Source of the DNA: Octopus sinensis
Lineage: Eukaryota
Direction of reading: 5' to 3'
Length of the DNA stretch: 64,000 nt
NCBI RefSeq assembly: GCF_006345805.1
Contig: NC_042997.1
Coordinates: 19,778,001 to 19,842,000 of the forward strand
The notes beneath the pieces were generated by a model. That model had not been told where the DNA came from, ran no database searches, and saw nothing but the letters and a program-made list of their open reading frames with translations. Shown here piece after piece: positions 51,241 through 64,000 of this stretch. How positions within the stretch are numbered: position 1 is the stretch's first letter; each line of letters starts with the position of its first letter. A program made the position numbers and the translations under genes.

Positions 51241-53472
51241 TTTATTTTAATACCCTTTAACATCCATTTTTTACACCGGATGGGTTAAACTATTTAGTGT
51301 GATATATTATTTTTGTTCAAAATAATTTCAAAAATTTAATTAAATTTATTATTACAGCTATCAATTTTTATAGTAATGATTTATGTCCTTTATTAAAAAC
51401 TAATTAGCTTATATTATAAAGAAATTCAAAAAATATTTGCATGATGAAATTATTGATATGGTTTAATAGATTTTTTCACTCATGTTACAAAATTGAAGTT
51501 TGCTTTTAAAAAAATTATTTCTTCCAATTTTTTTAATTGTTACGTTAACTTTGACAAACCATGTTTATATTTTATCAGTGTTACTAGAATTAGTACACTA
51601 AGAAGAGTAAATCTATTTATAAGTGTTCTACTTTCTCATGGTTTTATATTTTAATTAAAATATTAAATTGCAAATTTAAAGTTACATGATCTATGTTAAT
51701 ACTTGTTTTGTATAAAGTAAGCTAATTAAGCTATTGGGTTCATACCTCAAAAATAGATTTTGTGTTGTCTCTTTATTATATATATTAATTTGACTTTGGG
51801 GAATAAAACAAGGTTTATGTACTGGTATACTATGACAAGATTATTGACATTTTAAGCAGGCAGAGAAACTTTTCTCTGCCAATAAAATACAACTTGAAAA
51901 GTAAGTTTCAACAATTTCCTACTGCACATCATTATTCCAGAAACACATTTACATGTAGAATTTTATTATATTTGAGATCATTGGCACACACTAACTAAAC
52001 ATAGACACACATAGAGGTATACACATGTGCAAATGATGACACATACAATAGGAATACAAAATACAAAATGGCTGACCGTTAGTAAGGAGAGACACACAAA
52101 TAAGAAAGAAGAAAGCAAAGGACCGCAAAGGTTACAGGAGTGTGACGAAAGAACTCTGGCTGAAATAAGATTAAGATTAATGTAAAAAATGAATAACGCT
52201 GAAGCAAAGTAGCACCAAATATATAGTGCGTGTGTTTTTATTGGCTAAACTGGCAAAATGACCATTCCTAAATACAACAATAGGCATTAATTAATCTTTT
52301 TCATTAATGGACAATAGCTTAGTTTGGAGCAATACTTCAAGAGATAACTTTAAAACTGAAAACTTTAAGATGATTTTTAAAACATTAATCTTCTTTTGTT
52401 TTTCATTTTATTTTATCAATTAACCAGCAGCATCCGTGGCTCTTTTCAAGGTCTTTGAGACTGGTGGAAGGGAAGGAAAAAGGTATCATGAAGTCACGAA
52501 CTTTGCCTAAGTGCTTGTATCAGCATGGACTCAGGGCTAAAGATATTCACTATGCCTGATGATGGTATTAAACCAGGTGACAAATTGAGATGATCATTCA
52601 AGTTAGCACTAGTAAGATTTGAACTCAGAATGCAAAGAGCCCAAGAAAACCACAAGCTATTTTATCTGATACACAATCACTTCAGCCAATTCATCTCTGG
52701 TTTCTGATTTAACATTATAGTTTATTTTTCATTTCTTCTATTATTGCCTGTTCTATATCGCTATCATTTTTTAATGCTACATTAAATTACATCTAAATCA
52801 CATAAAACAACAATAATTAATGAATCAAAACTAGATGTTGGGCAGAGAGAACAAAGAAATTTGCGAACATCGCAAAGTTTTCATATTTCATTTATTACTT
52901 AACAAATTTTATTTCTTTTATTAATTAAAGGGTGAAAAGATTATAGATATATGTAATCAAAATAATGGTCTGTTAACAGTGTTTTGTTTCATTACTATAT
53001 GTGCTACAGAATATATCAATAGATTTTTAACCAGCATTGTACTTTACAAACAATATCAATATCACGTCTATATACACAATGTACTTGCAGAGAGAACAGG
53101 AAGGAACAGCTATATTAACTGAACTTTTCACTTCTGTTTGGAATCTCATCAACAGCTATGTACCTGCCTTGACAATCCAGGAAAACATTGCTTCTAAACA
53201 CCTTGATATTAGTGGTAAAAGTAAACTGGATAAACTAATTTGCATATTTAGCACTTTCTTGGCAGCTTCTTTAATGAATATTAAATTTCTGGTAACATGT
53301 GTGATAACATATAGTGTTTGTTAAAAATCTATAGATATGTTTTATAACAGATAACAGCATTGAAACAAAACACTGTCCATACTCCAACAATATTCACTGA
53401 CACAGTGATTTATTACAGTTATGCAGTAGTTACAAGTGCATACAAAGAAAACATCACTCTCATAGAACTCAC

Positions 53473-53562
53473 CCAAGACCGCCAACGGGCAAAATAGCAT
53501 CAGAAAAAGAAATGCTATGAGGTTCTTTTCCCACAAAAGATTTACAGAGCGACATCTATCAC
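53473..53562 (-). other. Candidate isolated 90-nt phase 1-1 exon with a hydrophobic stretch (unverified)
   Basis: Strong donor G|GTGAGT, weak acceptor ctctcag, open frame GDRCRSVNLLWEKNLIAFLFLMLFCPLAVL. No partner exons identified. Confidence 0.2.
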
Positions 53563-53777
53563 CTGAGAGCTGATCTGTACATATTCATTCTCCATTTTTG
53601 TGCAACCAGTAATTTTTTTCTTTGACCCAATTCCCTAGGAATCATCTCATGCTCCCAAAATCATCCCTTACCACAATATATCTACTGAATACTCATTTTT
53701 CCTGAAACATAAAAAACAGAGTTGGAATTCCTTTGAATAATATATACCACTCTATACACAATCATACAAACCCCTTT

Positions 53778-53812
<35 letters not shown>

Positions 53813-54149
53813 GGACATATATGTATAATAGTTACTTGACTAAATTCTTTTGAATATCATTTTATCTTTTATTTGTTTCATTCATTAGATTGTAACTCTG
53901 CTGGGTCACAACCTTGAAGGATTTTTAGTCAAATGAATGAACCCCGTTAATTATTATTTTCAAAGCATGGTGCTTATTCTATCGACCTCATTTTCCAAAC
54001 CACTAAGTTACTGGGATATAATCAAACCAACATCAAATTAAACATTTGTACTACATTGAAATAAATAAATGTTTCTCCTGAAAACGTTGAAAAATCTGGA
54101 ATGCACCTTGTACATACATACATAGATATCTTTTCTTTCATTTTTTTTT

Positions 54150-54374
54150 ATTTGTTTAAGTCCACTGACTTAAACAAGTAAAAGAAAAATGTGGCCATGT
54201 TGGGGCACCGACTTGAAGGTCTTAATTGAACAAATTGACCCCAATGTTTATTTTACTTTTTTATGCTTGGTGCTTATTTTACTGGTCTATTTTGCTGAAT
54301 TGCTAGGTTACAGGGATGTAAACAAACCAGCATCTATTGTCAAGCAGTGATGAGGAACAAAGACACACACAAAG

Positions 54375-54418
<44 letters not shown>

Positions 54419-54640
54419 ATATACAAATATATTATATATTGGGGCATCTTTCAGTTTCTATCTCTCAAATCTATTCAGAAGGTTTGGATCTGTCTGGGGA
54501 GTAGAGCTTCCCTAGAATTTCTCTTTTGCAATTCTACTCGCAAGGGATTTGTTGGCCTGGAGCTGGAGCAGACATTCTTATGGAGTTGGGGTTGAACCTG
54601 AGACTATATGGCTGTGAAGAGAACTATTCAACCACACTGG
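54150..54640 (-). mobile_element. SINE family A (old copy)
   Basis: gtggccatgttgggg, (CA)n linker and tctttcagtttc are homologous to 31087. Confidence 0.65.
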
Positions 54641-54955
54641 AGACAACTATCAGGATGCAAATGATTGTCAGAAATTGTTTTGTTCATCTGCAGAAAAATT
54701 TATAATGGTGAACAGCAGAAATGGAATGACTAGAGTTTTTCTAATCAGCTTTTGTCTCTCTCACAACATCCATTTTGTTGGACCCTTAAACAAAAGCATG
54801 CAATTCAGTTTGTCTACTACTTCCTGCTTGAATGATTACTAGCAAGAAAACCATTCATGCGTAAAAACATTTTCTCTCTAACAAAAAAATGAAATCATGC
54901 TGTCCGTGTTAGTATTAAAAATCTCATCTTAAAGAGCATTTTGTGTGAGAATGTG

Positions 54956-54991
<36 letters not shown>

Positions 54992-55549
54992 TGTGTTTGT
55001 GCATATGTATGTGTGTATGTGTGGGCATGTAAGCATGCATGCATGCATGTATGCATGTGTGTGTTTTCACAAGCATGTGTGTATGTGCATTCATGTATGT
55101 GTATGTCCATGCATGTGTGTGTGATTATGTTCCCTGCTATGGAAATTATATAAGAACTTTAAGACGAAAATGTTTTAGCTAAAGTTAAAGAATAAACAAA
55201 ATTATATCCTGTCTATACATTATTCTATTTACTTCTTTTATTGTTCACCTGAGAGAGAACAAAGCAAAAGAAGAAAAAAAAAGAGTGAATTAAACAAAAT
55301 ACTTAAATCATTGCAGTGTCATTATGTCAGAATAATAAAAAAACTATTGATTAGGTTACAAATAGAAGCATTTTCTGTCACATCAAATGTACAGTTTCTT
55401 TTTAAATCAAATGATTTGTCAGATTGATAAGATATTCTCACATCAAAATTGGGAAAAACAAAAAGACAATTCCACTTTTTCAAACACCAGAGACAGATTA
55501 ACCAATAACAACTACTGCAAAATTAACAACATCTATATAAATATATATA

Positions 55550-55553
55550 AACT

Positions 55554-55625
<72 letters not shown>

Positions 55626-55790
55626 CACACACACACACACACAACACACACACACACATATATATATATATAAATACATATATATACATATGTATATGTA
55701 TATATATATGTATATATATATGTATATATATGTATATATATGTGTCTATATATATGTTTATATACATCTATATATACACATACATATATA

Positions 55791-55850
<60 letters not shown>

Positions 55851-55949
55851 CTATGTGTATTTATGTTATATATAAATATACACACATATATACATATATA
55901 TATGCATATAAATATATAGACATGCTTATAGACATATATTTATCTATCT

Positions 55950-55980
<31 letters not shown>

Positions 55981-55990
55981 GTATATATGT
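55550..55990. repeat. Compound (CA)n/(TA)n/(TG)n microsatellite field
   Basis: Direct reading. Source of several low-complexity ORFs. Confidence 0.95.
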
Positions 55991-56749
55991 GTGTGTTTAT
56001 ACATATATATGATTTGCAGAAGATATTTTTAAACATATGTTTATATTAACAGATTATACATGCACACAACCACACATATATATCACCACACACACACACA
56101 AACACATATATATGCACACACACATACACATATATACATGTATGTGTGTGGGTGCTTGGTTGGGTGTTTCTCCACATGACTTTATGACTGAGGGACGACT
56201 GTCTGTTTGCATTTTACAGACGCATTCGATAGATCTAATTATCAAATGTTTATTTTCTGGAAGGTATTTCATAATTAACAATTTTTATTGCAAGCTGATT
56301 TATGCCATTGATGCTCAGATGTTTTTGCCTCTAACTACAACTGAAATTCTGTAAGATGTCACGATCTTATCTTTATAGCTTTCATCTACAGACCCACTGA
56401 TTCTACAGAAACAGCAAGATTTCACATATGGCGGTGCCCCAGCATGGCCACAGCTCATGAGCTGAAACTGGAAAAATCAAAATCAAAATCAATATGTCAT
56501 ATTTTACAGACTAGCACTCCATTGGTTACACTGATGAGTGTGCTAGTTGATCCAATCAATGGAACAGCCTGCTCATGAAATTACCATGCAAGTGGCTGAG
56601 CACTCCATAGATACACATACCCTTAGCATAGTTATCAGAGAGAGTCAGCATGACACAGAATATGACAAGACCGGCCCTTTGAATTACCACTCATTTTTGC
56701 CAGCTGGAAATTATTCATGCAGTAATTGACAGCATTTCTAGTGGATGTT

Positions 56750-57400
56750 AATCATCATCATAATCATCATCATCATCATCATTTAAAGTCTGCTTTCCAT
56801 GCTAGCATGGGTTGGATGATTTCATTGAGGACTGGTGAACCAGATGGCTGCACCAGGCTCCAATCTGATTTGGCAGAGTTTCTACGGCTGGATGCTCTTC
56901 CTAACATTAACCACTCTGAGACTGTAGTGGGTGCTTTTATGTGCCACCGGCACGAGGGCCAGTCTGGTGGTACTGGCAACGGCCACACTCAAATGGTGTT
57001 TTTTACATGCCACTTGCACAGGAGTCAGTCCAGCAGCATTAGAAATGACCTCACTCAAATGTTTTGTTCATGTGCCACCGGCACAAGTGCCAATAAGGCG
57101 ACGCTGGTAACGATCATGCTCCAATGGTGCTTTTTACATGCCCACCGGCATGGAAGCCAGACAACTGCTCTGGCAGTGATCCCACTCAGATGGAGCTGTT
57201 AGCGCTCCACTGGCACGAGTGCCAGTCATCGAATTTGGTTTAATTTCGATTTCACTTGCCCTAAAAGGTCTTCACAAGCAGAGTTTAGTGTCCAATGAAG
57301 GAAGGTTGGCATAGGTGCCAGTCGAATTTGGTTCGATTTCAAATTCAATTTCAATTTCACTTGCCACAACAAGTCTTCGCAATATCCATAATATTAATAT
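56750..57400 (-). mobile_element. Repeat family R, long copy
   Basis: (CAT)n tail, tttccatgctagcatgggttgg and ggatgctcttcctaacattaacc. Confidence 0.8.
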
Positions 57401-57945
57401 CCATAAATAAGGGAGATAATATCAATAAAATACCTGGACTGAATTTTGTGAGGGAAATAGAACAAGCAAGTATGAATCACCGTCATTGTCGTCATCATCA
57501 TTGTCATCACTGTTGTCGTCATCATCGTTATCAATGTGGTAATGTTTGCTTTTCCATGCTTTCACGGGGAAGACAGAATCCATTGAGGCAAATTTTCCAT
57601 GGTTAGATATCCTTCCTGATACCAATCTTAATCTGTTTTCAAAGATGATAATACTGCCACATATCTGGACTTGCTTCCATGGAAAATTCGAAACAAAGGA
57701 CACCACTACTATAAGGGCAATTCCCATTTACAAATACTGTGTCTTGAAGAATTTTTTTATCCAGGCAAATCAATACCAGTGCTTAGATTTTAACTTTTGT
57801 ATTAATTCTATGGGCCTCTTTCACTGAACCGCCAAGTTATAGTGACATAAACTTGCACTGGTTGTCAAGCAGTAATGGGGAATAAACACAACACTAACAC
57901 AATGACACGCACTCACATGCACATTCACATACATACATACATACA

Positions 57946-57979
<34 letters not shown>

Positions 57980-58115
57980 CATACATACATACATATAAAA
58001 ATATCTTGTTGTTGATGTTGAAATTCCAATAAAAGGGCCTTGGATCTAGGTTAGAAACCAACTCTTTCTCTATTGGCAAGAAATTTTGAAATAAAATTGA
58101 ATAAAGACATGTATG

Positions 58116-58148
<33 letters not shown>

Positions 58149-58269
58149 GTATGTATATGTATGTATGTATGTGTGTGTGTGTGTGTGTGTGAATATAAAT
58201 ATACATATATAGTATCTAATTCTCTCACCCTTATTAATTAATTATATATATATATATATATATAATATA

Positions 58270-59332
58270 CAGGGTATTTGGACTAAATTTAGCAGTCTGT
58301 ATAAAAGGAAAAGAAACTACAATATACTCTCCAAATATAGAAGTATTTTAAATGATCAAAAAATATCAACTAGTTGATGGCTGGCAGATAACAGTTTACT
58401 CAGAGTAGCTGCCTTTAGCTTCCGCCACAGCCTCACAATGCATGCGTTCTTCACTGTGTCTCTCGGATGATTATCTGACACCTTCTCAATCTTGGCCACC
58501 AGCTTGGTTTTAGTGTTGCAAGCAAAGTGGTTGGTATCTTTGTCAACTGTGACCAACACATAATAATCTATTGGATTGCAAATGGAAGAATTAGGACACC
58601 AGAAATTGGGACTGGTGAAGTCATATCAATTTTTCAACAACCACTTCTTTTTTCTTTGTGGCAATATGGCCTTCCAGCAGCAACCTATTTCTTTACTACC
58701 CACAAGGGGCTAAACATAGAGGGGACAAACAAGGACAGACAAACGGATTAAGTCGATTATATCGACCCTAGTGCATAACTGGTACTTACTTAATCGACCC
58801 CGAAAGGATGAAAGGCAAAGTCGAACTCGGCGGAATTTGAACTCAGAACGTAGCAGCAGACGAAATACAGCCACGTAGTTCGCCCGGCATGCTAACGTTT
58901 CCGCCAGCAGCAACCAGAGATTGACCAGAGTCAGCAGCAGCTTCACCTAACCGTCTCAATTGAGCTTGTTCATTAGTTATTTGATCAATTCCAATGTGTA
59001 TACATAGAATGCCTGCTGTGTCCTTTCCTGCTGGCCATGGCTTTGTAGTCTCTGTTACAGCTGTCCATATTGTGTCTTACAGCCTTTACAGTGTTCACAG
59101 AGCATTGAGTAGCAGTCATAATGTCAGTGTTTTGATACACAGTATGAATCGTCATGATACAGGTAACTCTTTCCCAATATTCAGACGGCTTCCAGTCGTC
59201 CATGTCAGCCAACTTTTTCTAAACTAAAACTCTAATCTTTATGCTCACCAATGCTGTTGACTGTCCACTAGTGCATCAAGCAGTTTCTGAAAAAGTAGAC
59301 ATGAAAAATTGTCAAATTTAGTCTGAACTCAC
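58270..59332 (-). mobile_element. DD37D/maT-like Tc1/mariner deletion derivative with a nested SINE
   Basis: C-terminal CPNSSICNPIDYYV...DKDTNHFACNTKTKLVAKI (cf. WPP.SPD.NP.DY.VW) and N-terminal ORF 58985-59212. TIR cagggtatttggactaaattt follows TA 58268-58269; partial inverted aaatttagtctgaactc at ~59314-59330. Family assignment is inference. Confidence 0.75.
58686..58903 (-). mobile_element. SINE family B, young, with 12-bp TSD
   Basis: TSD ccagcagcaacc at 58674-58685 and 58904-58915; intact CpGs. Confidence 0.9.
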
Positions 59333-59624
59333 ACACACACATGCACACACACACGCACATGCACGCACACACGCACACACACACACGCACACACACACAC
59401 GCGCACACACACACACACACACACACGTACGCACACACACACACACACACAAACACAAAGAATGGGCTTCTTTCAGTTTCTATATGCTGAATCTTCTCAC
59501 AAGGCTTTAGTCAGCCAGTGGCTATAGTAGGAGATACTTGCCGAAGGTGGTGCATAGTGGGAATATATAAATTTGTATTGAAGTGCATGTAGGGGAATTC
59601 ATAGGTATCTGAATAGAATCGGGG

Positions 59625-59810
59625 TTCTGATGTCACAGAAAATGTTGGTATTACGAAGGGCATCTAGCCATAGAAATCAAGCCAAAACACACTGGTGCCT
59701 GGTGCAGCTCTCCAGCTTACCAGTTTTGTTCAAACCATCCAGCCCATGCCAGCATGGAAAAAAGATGCTATATGATGACGACGACGATGATGATGATGAT
59801 GATGATGATG
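59625..59810 (+). mobile_element. Repeat family R copy
   Basis: gttggtattacgaagggcatctagccatagaa core and (GAT)n tail. Confidence 0.75.
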
Positions 59811-60469
59811 TTCTTTTTTGAAGATGGACTGGGGTATTTTGTAAAGTATTCAGTAATTATTATATAATGTTTACTTATTATTTAAGAGTAATTTTACATT
59901 TAATTTTAAAGGTTTTCAAATCTAATTCAATTTTGAATGCTATGGTTTCATCTGTAAGTGCATGATGTAACTATTTTGAGGGAGATGCAGATTTTTGACT
60001 CATGAAGTATTTTTACAGTTTACATCTTCAATAGGGGTACTTGAATTTGCTTACAATGTTGGGTACTCTGAAGGGTTCCTCTAGTCTAGAGTTTCAGGAC
60101 CAGTAGCATTCACTCAGTGAATGTTTACATAATAGTTTTGTGTTTACATAATAGTTTATAAGAAAAATTCTGTTTTTGGGGGATGCGATGCATCATTTTA
60201 GTATAGCATGATTTTAAGATTTCTTTATTGGTTTTGTAGAACAAGAGAAATTATTTTTATAGCAAATCATTTTGTGTACTTATGATAAAAGTTTGTTTCA
60301 TTTGTGGCTCCTTTTTTTAATGGTTATTTATGTAAGAAGACAGTTCTCTATTTAAAACTTTACATGCACACCCCTTTGCATAGAAATTTCCAAGTGTAAT
60401 ATAAGTAAAAACAACATTGTTTAAATACATTGGGCCTAACGAAGGCAAAGTTGCTGAGTTCCTTTCAAG

Positions 60470-60772
60470 TGTTGAGCCTCAAAGAACCAATGACTGAGAC
60501 CTTTGGCATTATGTTGTGCTTGAGAAGAAGATCCATCAAGCTGAGCAACATCACAGTCGTGCAGATACCAGTGTCACACAAATGGCACCCATGCTGGTGG
60601 CACGTAAAAGCACCTATTACACTATCGAAGGGCATCCAGCCGTAGAAAACCATGCCAAATCAGACTGGATCTTGGTGCAGCCATCCAGCTTACCAGCCCC
60701 AGTCAAACCTTTCAACCCATGCCAGCATGGGCAACAGACATTATATGATGATGATGATGATGGTAATGATGA
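60470..60772 (+). mobile_element. Repeat family R copy
   Basis: gaagggcatccagccgtagaaaaccatgcc core and (GAT)n tail. Confidence 0.75.
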
Positions 60773-60959
60773 TTGTTTAGATACTAGGAAGCTGAAAAAT
60801 AACAACTATCAGTTGTCTAATTCTAGAAAATGTTCAAATGAAACAGATTTTCAGAAACTCCCATTTAGATGCTGATGGAATTTATGTTGCAAAATGTGAA
60901 TAAGAAAAGCATGTATTTTTAATGGCTTCATCTTTAAGAAGGGTTTGTAAACCTCACTG

Positions 60960-62460
60960 ACAGCTCCACCAAAACAATCAGAGAGATATAGTGGAAGTTC
61001 TTGAATAACTTCAAGGAAAAGTAAATATAGGCAGAGAGTGAATCCTTGAGATTTTCATTCTGGTGAGGAAGGACCGAATATAGTGATTAGAGTGAGGCAT
61101 TGAGGAGTAAGTTAAATATTCTATGGGTGATGAGAGGAGAAAAGATCAGTAAGTTGGCTATGTAGAGGTGTAATGAAACCAGAAAGTCAGAAGAGGAAGA
61201 GGAGAGGAAATAAGAGGGGAAGCAGCAGCAGTAGCAGCAGCAGCTCCACCAGCAGTAGCACCAGTAAGAAAGGCAATTTGAGAAGACATGCATCTTGTGG
61301 GAGACGTCGGAGTGTGTTAACGAGTTTCTATGAATTAGTTAAGTGGCCTTTTGTAGAAGAATCAGTCTAAGATGTTTATATGTATAGAAGCAGTTCTGAC
61401 CTAAGTGTATTCTATTTTGGGTTTCACTTGAGCTTTATAGACAGTTAGGAACTGTTGATAACTGAAGTATTTACAGGCCTTAACTCTTTTGTTACCAACC
61501 CAGCTGAAACCACCTTTGGCTCTGTAGTACAAATGTCTTGTTTTCATAAGTTTTGAATTAAAATCTTCCACCAAACCTTAGTCACAATTAATGTTTCTAA
61601 CACTAGCTGAATGACAACTAAGTTATTTTACTAAATTCTTTGTTATATTTAAAGTAATTGAAAGAAACACAGAGCATCTCAAAATAAATGCAGTAACAAA
61701 AGGGTTGAAGAGGAAAACCTGTTTCTGAGAAGCAATTTTTAATTATATTTTTGATGTGAGATGTGAGTTGTCCATAACTAAGTTGGGGGTATAAGATGAT
61801 GTCCTTGGTATATTCAGTGATTCTGACTTTGAGAAAAGATAAAGTATTGAGATAGGCTGAACAAGAAAAGAAATACTGAAATAGCTTTAAACAGGAGAAC
61901 GCACCAGTAAAGCAAAGCAATAAAGCAATTGAATCAAAGGAGAAATTACCCTTAGTAAAATTGGTGATGACCTGTAGTAATATGTAAGGTCAAGTCTACA
62001 TTACCACTTATTGAAAACAGTCAGCAAGAAAATGATTGCAGAGATAATATATGCTGTGAAAAATGTGGTAAGCAAGAGCAATCAATGTAAGTGAAAAAGT
62101 GAACTACAATAGTCTGAAGAGAAACAAAACTAAAAAGTTGAATAAAAACTTTAAGGCAACTGACTGTCTTGACAGGAAATGGAAGAGACATAGAAATTGA
62201 AGATGAGTAAGACATAATGAAATTGTAGTCTTGAAAGATCTAAGAAAAGTTACTGAATGCAAACTACTGACAGTTTGGGAAATAAAAATAAAAATAAAAA
62301 AAAGTGACTACATAAGTTGAGATATATAAAAATATCATTGGAAGAAATAAGTAACAGAAAGATAAATAATACTAATTTGGTGCAGTTTGAGACATCCATT
62401 GTCAAGCTTGGACAATTCGGTGTGTGCAAAATAAAAAAAAATAATAATAAATGAGGGAAC
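60960..62460 (-). mobile_element. Decayed CR1/L2-group LINE 3' fragment, interrupted by a MITE
   Basis: Minus-strand echoes ESLNI....PNL....HLT (cf. LNILG...NL.W..HI) and HYIRSF (cf. H...SFFPRT). Weak to moderate. Confidence 0.45.
61484..61704. mobile_element. piggyBac-type MITE
   Basis: TTAA|ctcttttgttac ... gtaacaaaaggg|TTGA (right TSD mutated). Confidence 0.75.
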
Positions 62461-62679
62461 AACATTTAGATAGAGAGATATATATACTAAGGTACATTTG
62501 ATGTAATAAACTAATTATTGAAAGAAGAAGATGTAATAAACAAAGTCAAAATCTTATGAATACATGCAAACTTGTGATCAGGACTACACTGTTAACAGAT
62601 AAGACCATTAAAATCTTGAGTTGAAACTAAATTATTTCTACACAAGTAACAGTTCAAGTCTAGTCTATATAATTATGTG

Positions 62680-62709
62680 TGTGTGTGTATGTATGTATTC
62701 ACACACATA

Positions 62710-62754
<45 letters not shown>

Positions 62755-62803
62755 GTATGTGTCTGTACTGTGTGAATGTAAATATATGTGTGTGTGTGCA
62801 TGT

Positions 62804-62855
<52 letters not shown>

Positions 62856-63120
62856 GTATATGCTTATGCATATATATATATGTATATATATATATATATG
62901 TATATGCTTATGCATATATATATATGTATATATATATGTATGTATATATATATATGTTTGAGTGTGTATAAAATATGCTTCCATACAAATATATATATAT
63001 ATATATACACACACACATATATATATACATACACACATACATGTGTCTGAATGTAAATACATAACTGTGTCTGTCTGTATGTAAATATGTGTGTGTATAC
63101 ACACACATACATAAACACAC
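62680..63120. repeat. Compound (TA)n/(TG)n/(CA)n microsatellite field
   Basis: Direct reading. Confidence 0.95.
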
Positions 63121-63499
63121 ATACTTAGGCAGACAATTTCATTATGCAAATTATGTGTAAACCAAGAGCCATGAAACAAAATAAACAAATGAATCTTGAC
63201 ATATTGTATACAGGTGATGGTGAATAGGATGAAGAGGTAGGAAAAACATTCTAGTTTTGGTAGGTGCCATTTACATTATTCTTGTAAGGTAGGTCTCATT
63301 TATTTTAAATGGTTATATTTGATGTAAAAAAATTAAGGTATTAGGTTTTACATTATTTTTTAGGGAAATTCATGCATGTGTGCAAACTCTGGTATAAACA
63401 GTTAGATTTTCATGTGTGTGTACAAATATATGTATATATGTGTACGTGTATATATATATAAATACACACATACATATATATGTATGTATATATGTATAT

Positions 63500-63850
63500 A
63501 TACAACACCTGTCTGTGTTCAAATTGTCTTTGCACGGGAGCCATCCAGACTTCCGCCTTCATCCTGAACAGGAATTAATTTTCTCTCTTCACTCCTTTGT
63601 GCCACATGGGCACAACTCCCATTCTCTCCTCTCTTCATCTGACACCTACTTCTTCTCTTCTCTCCTACCCACCTTCTCCCTTCATTGATACCCTCCTCCA
63701 TTGTCACCCCCACCCCACATATCCCACCTACCACCACACATCCCCACCCACATTCTCACCCCATCCCACACCCTATACCCACCTTCTCACTCCACACCTG
63801 CACCTCAGCCCCCAAAGAGGGCATAACTATTTTATTATCTGACATAGGTC
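63500..63850 (+). mobile_element. Penelope-like GIY-YIG C-terminal remnant with a pyrimidine-rich tail
   Basis: QHLSVFKLSLHGSHPDFRLHPEQELIFSLHSFVPHGHN (cf. R...E..LIF.L....P.GLN). Confidence 0.7.
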
Positions 63851-64000
63851 ATTGAATGTGCACATGTTGATAATGTAATTCTTCCTCTATATAAATTCTC
63901 CATTGCAAATGCTGTATTTGAACCCAGCTCTCAAATTCTCTTTAAAATTTCTTATGTGGCTTTTAGCCACTTCTTCAAAAGCTGCTTTCACATCATCTGC

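Noticed and set aside
51859-51880. Perfect 10-bp hairpin ggcagagaaa-ct-tttctctgcc
   Set aside because: Isolated and short with no supporting context; bacterial terminator logic does not apply.
55387-56032. Long Y/I/H/T/C/V-rich ORFs here and at 62621-63188, 18689-18978 and 866-1117
   Set aside because: Stop-free frames of dinucleotide microsatellites.

Overview
Eukaryotic, AT-rich, microsatellite-dense DNA with no operons, rRNA, intact tRNA or CRISPR array. The SINE/LINE complement and the (TA)n/(TAA)n/(TATG)n/(GAT)n load resemble octopod cephalopod genomes (recalled from memory, not a search). I found no host protein-coding gene I can support. Most track ORFs are microsatellite read-throughs or sense/antisense frames of decayed transposons, so the window is probably intronic or intergenic. 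Contents: Tc1/mariner remnants, including a DD37D/maT-like one; piggyBac-type MITEs; RTE and CR1/L2-type LINE fragments; three R4/Dong-type 3' ends in (TAA)n; many Penelope-like (PLE) RT/GIY-YIG remnants; and at least three tRNA-derived SINE families. The best structural observations are a ~1.53 kb tandem duplication with a chimeric Dong copy at the junction, a hammerhead-like motif in the duplicated unit, a 453-bp near-perfect palindrome, an inverted SINE pair, and a fold-back MITE carrying a piece of an unrelated transposase. I see no convincing new biological system. Element boundaries are approximate unless TIRs or TSDs are cited.
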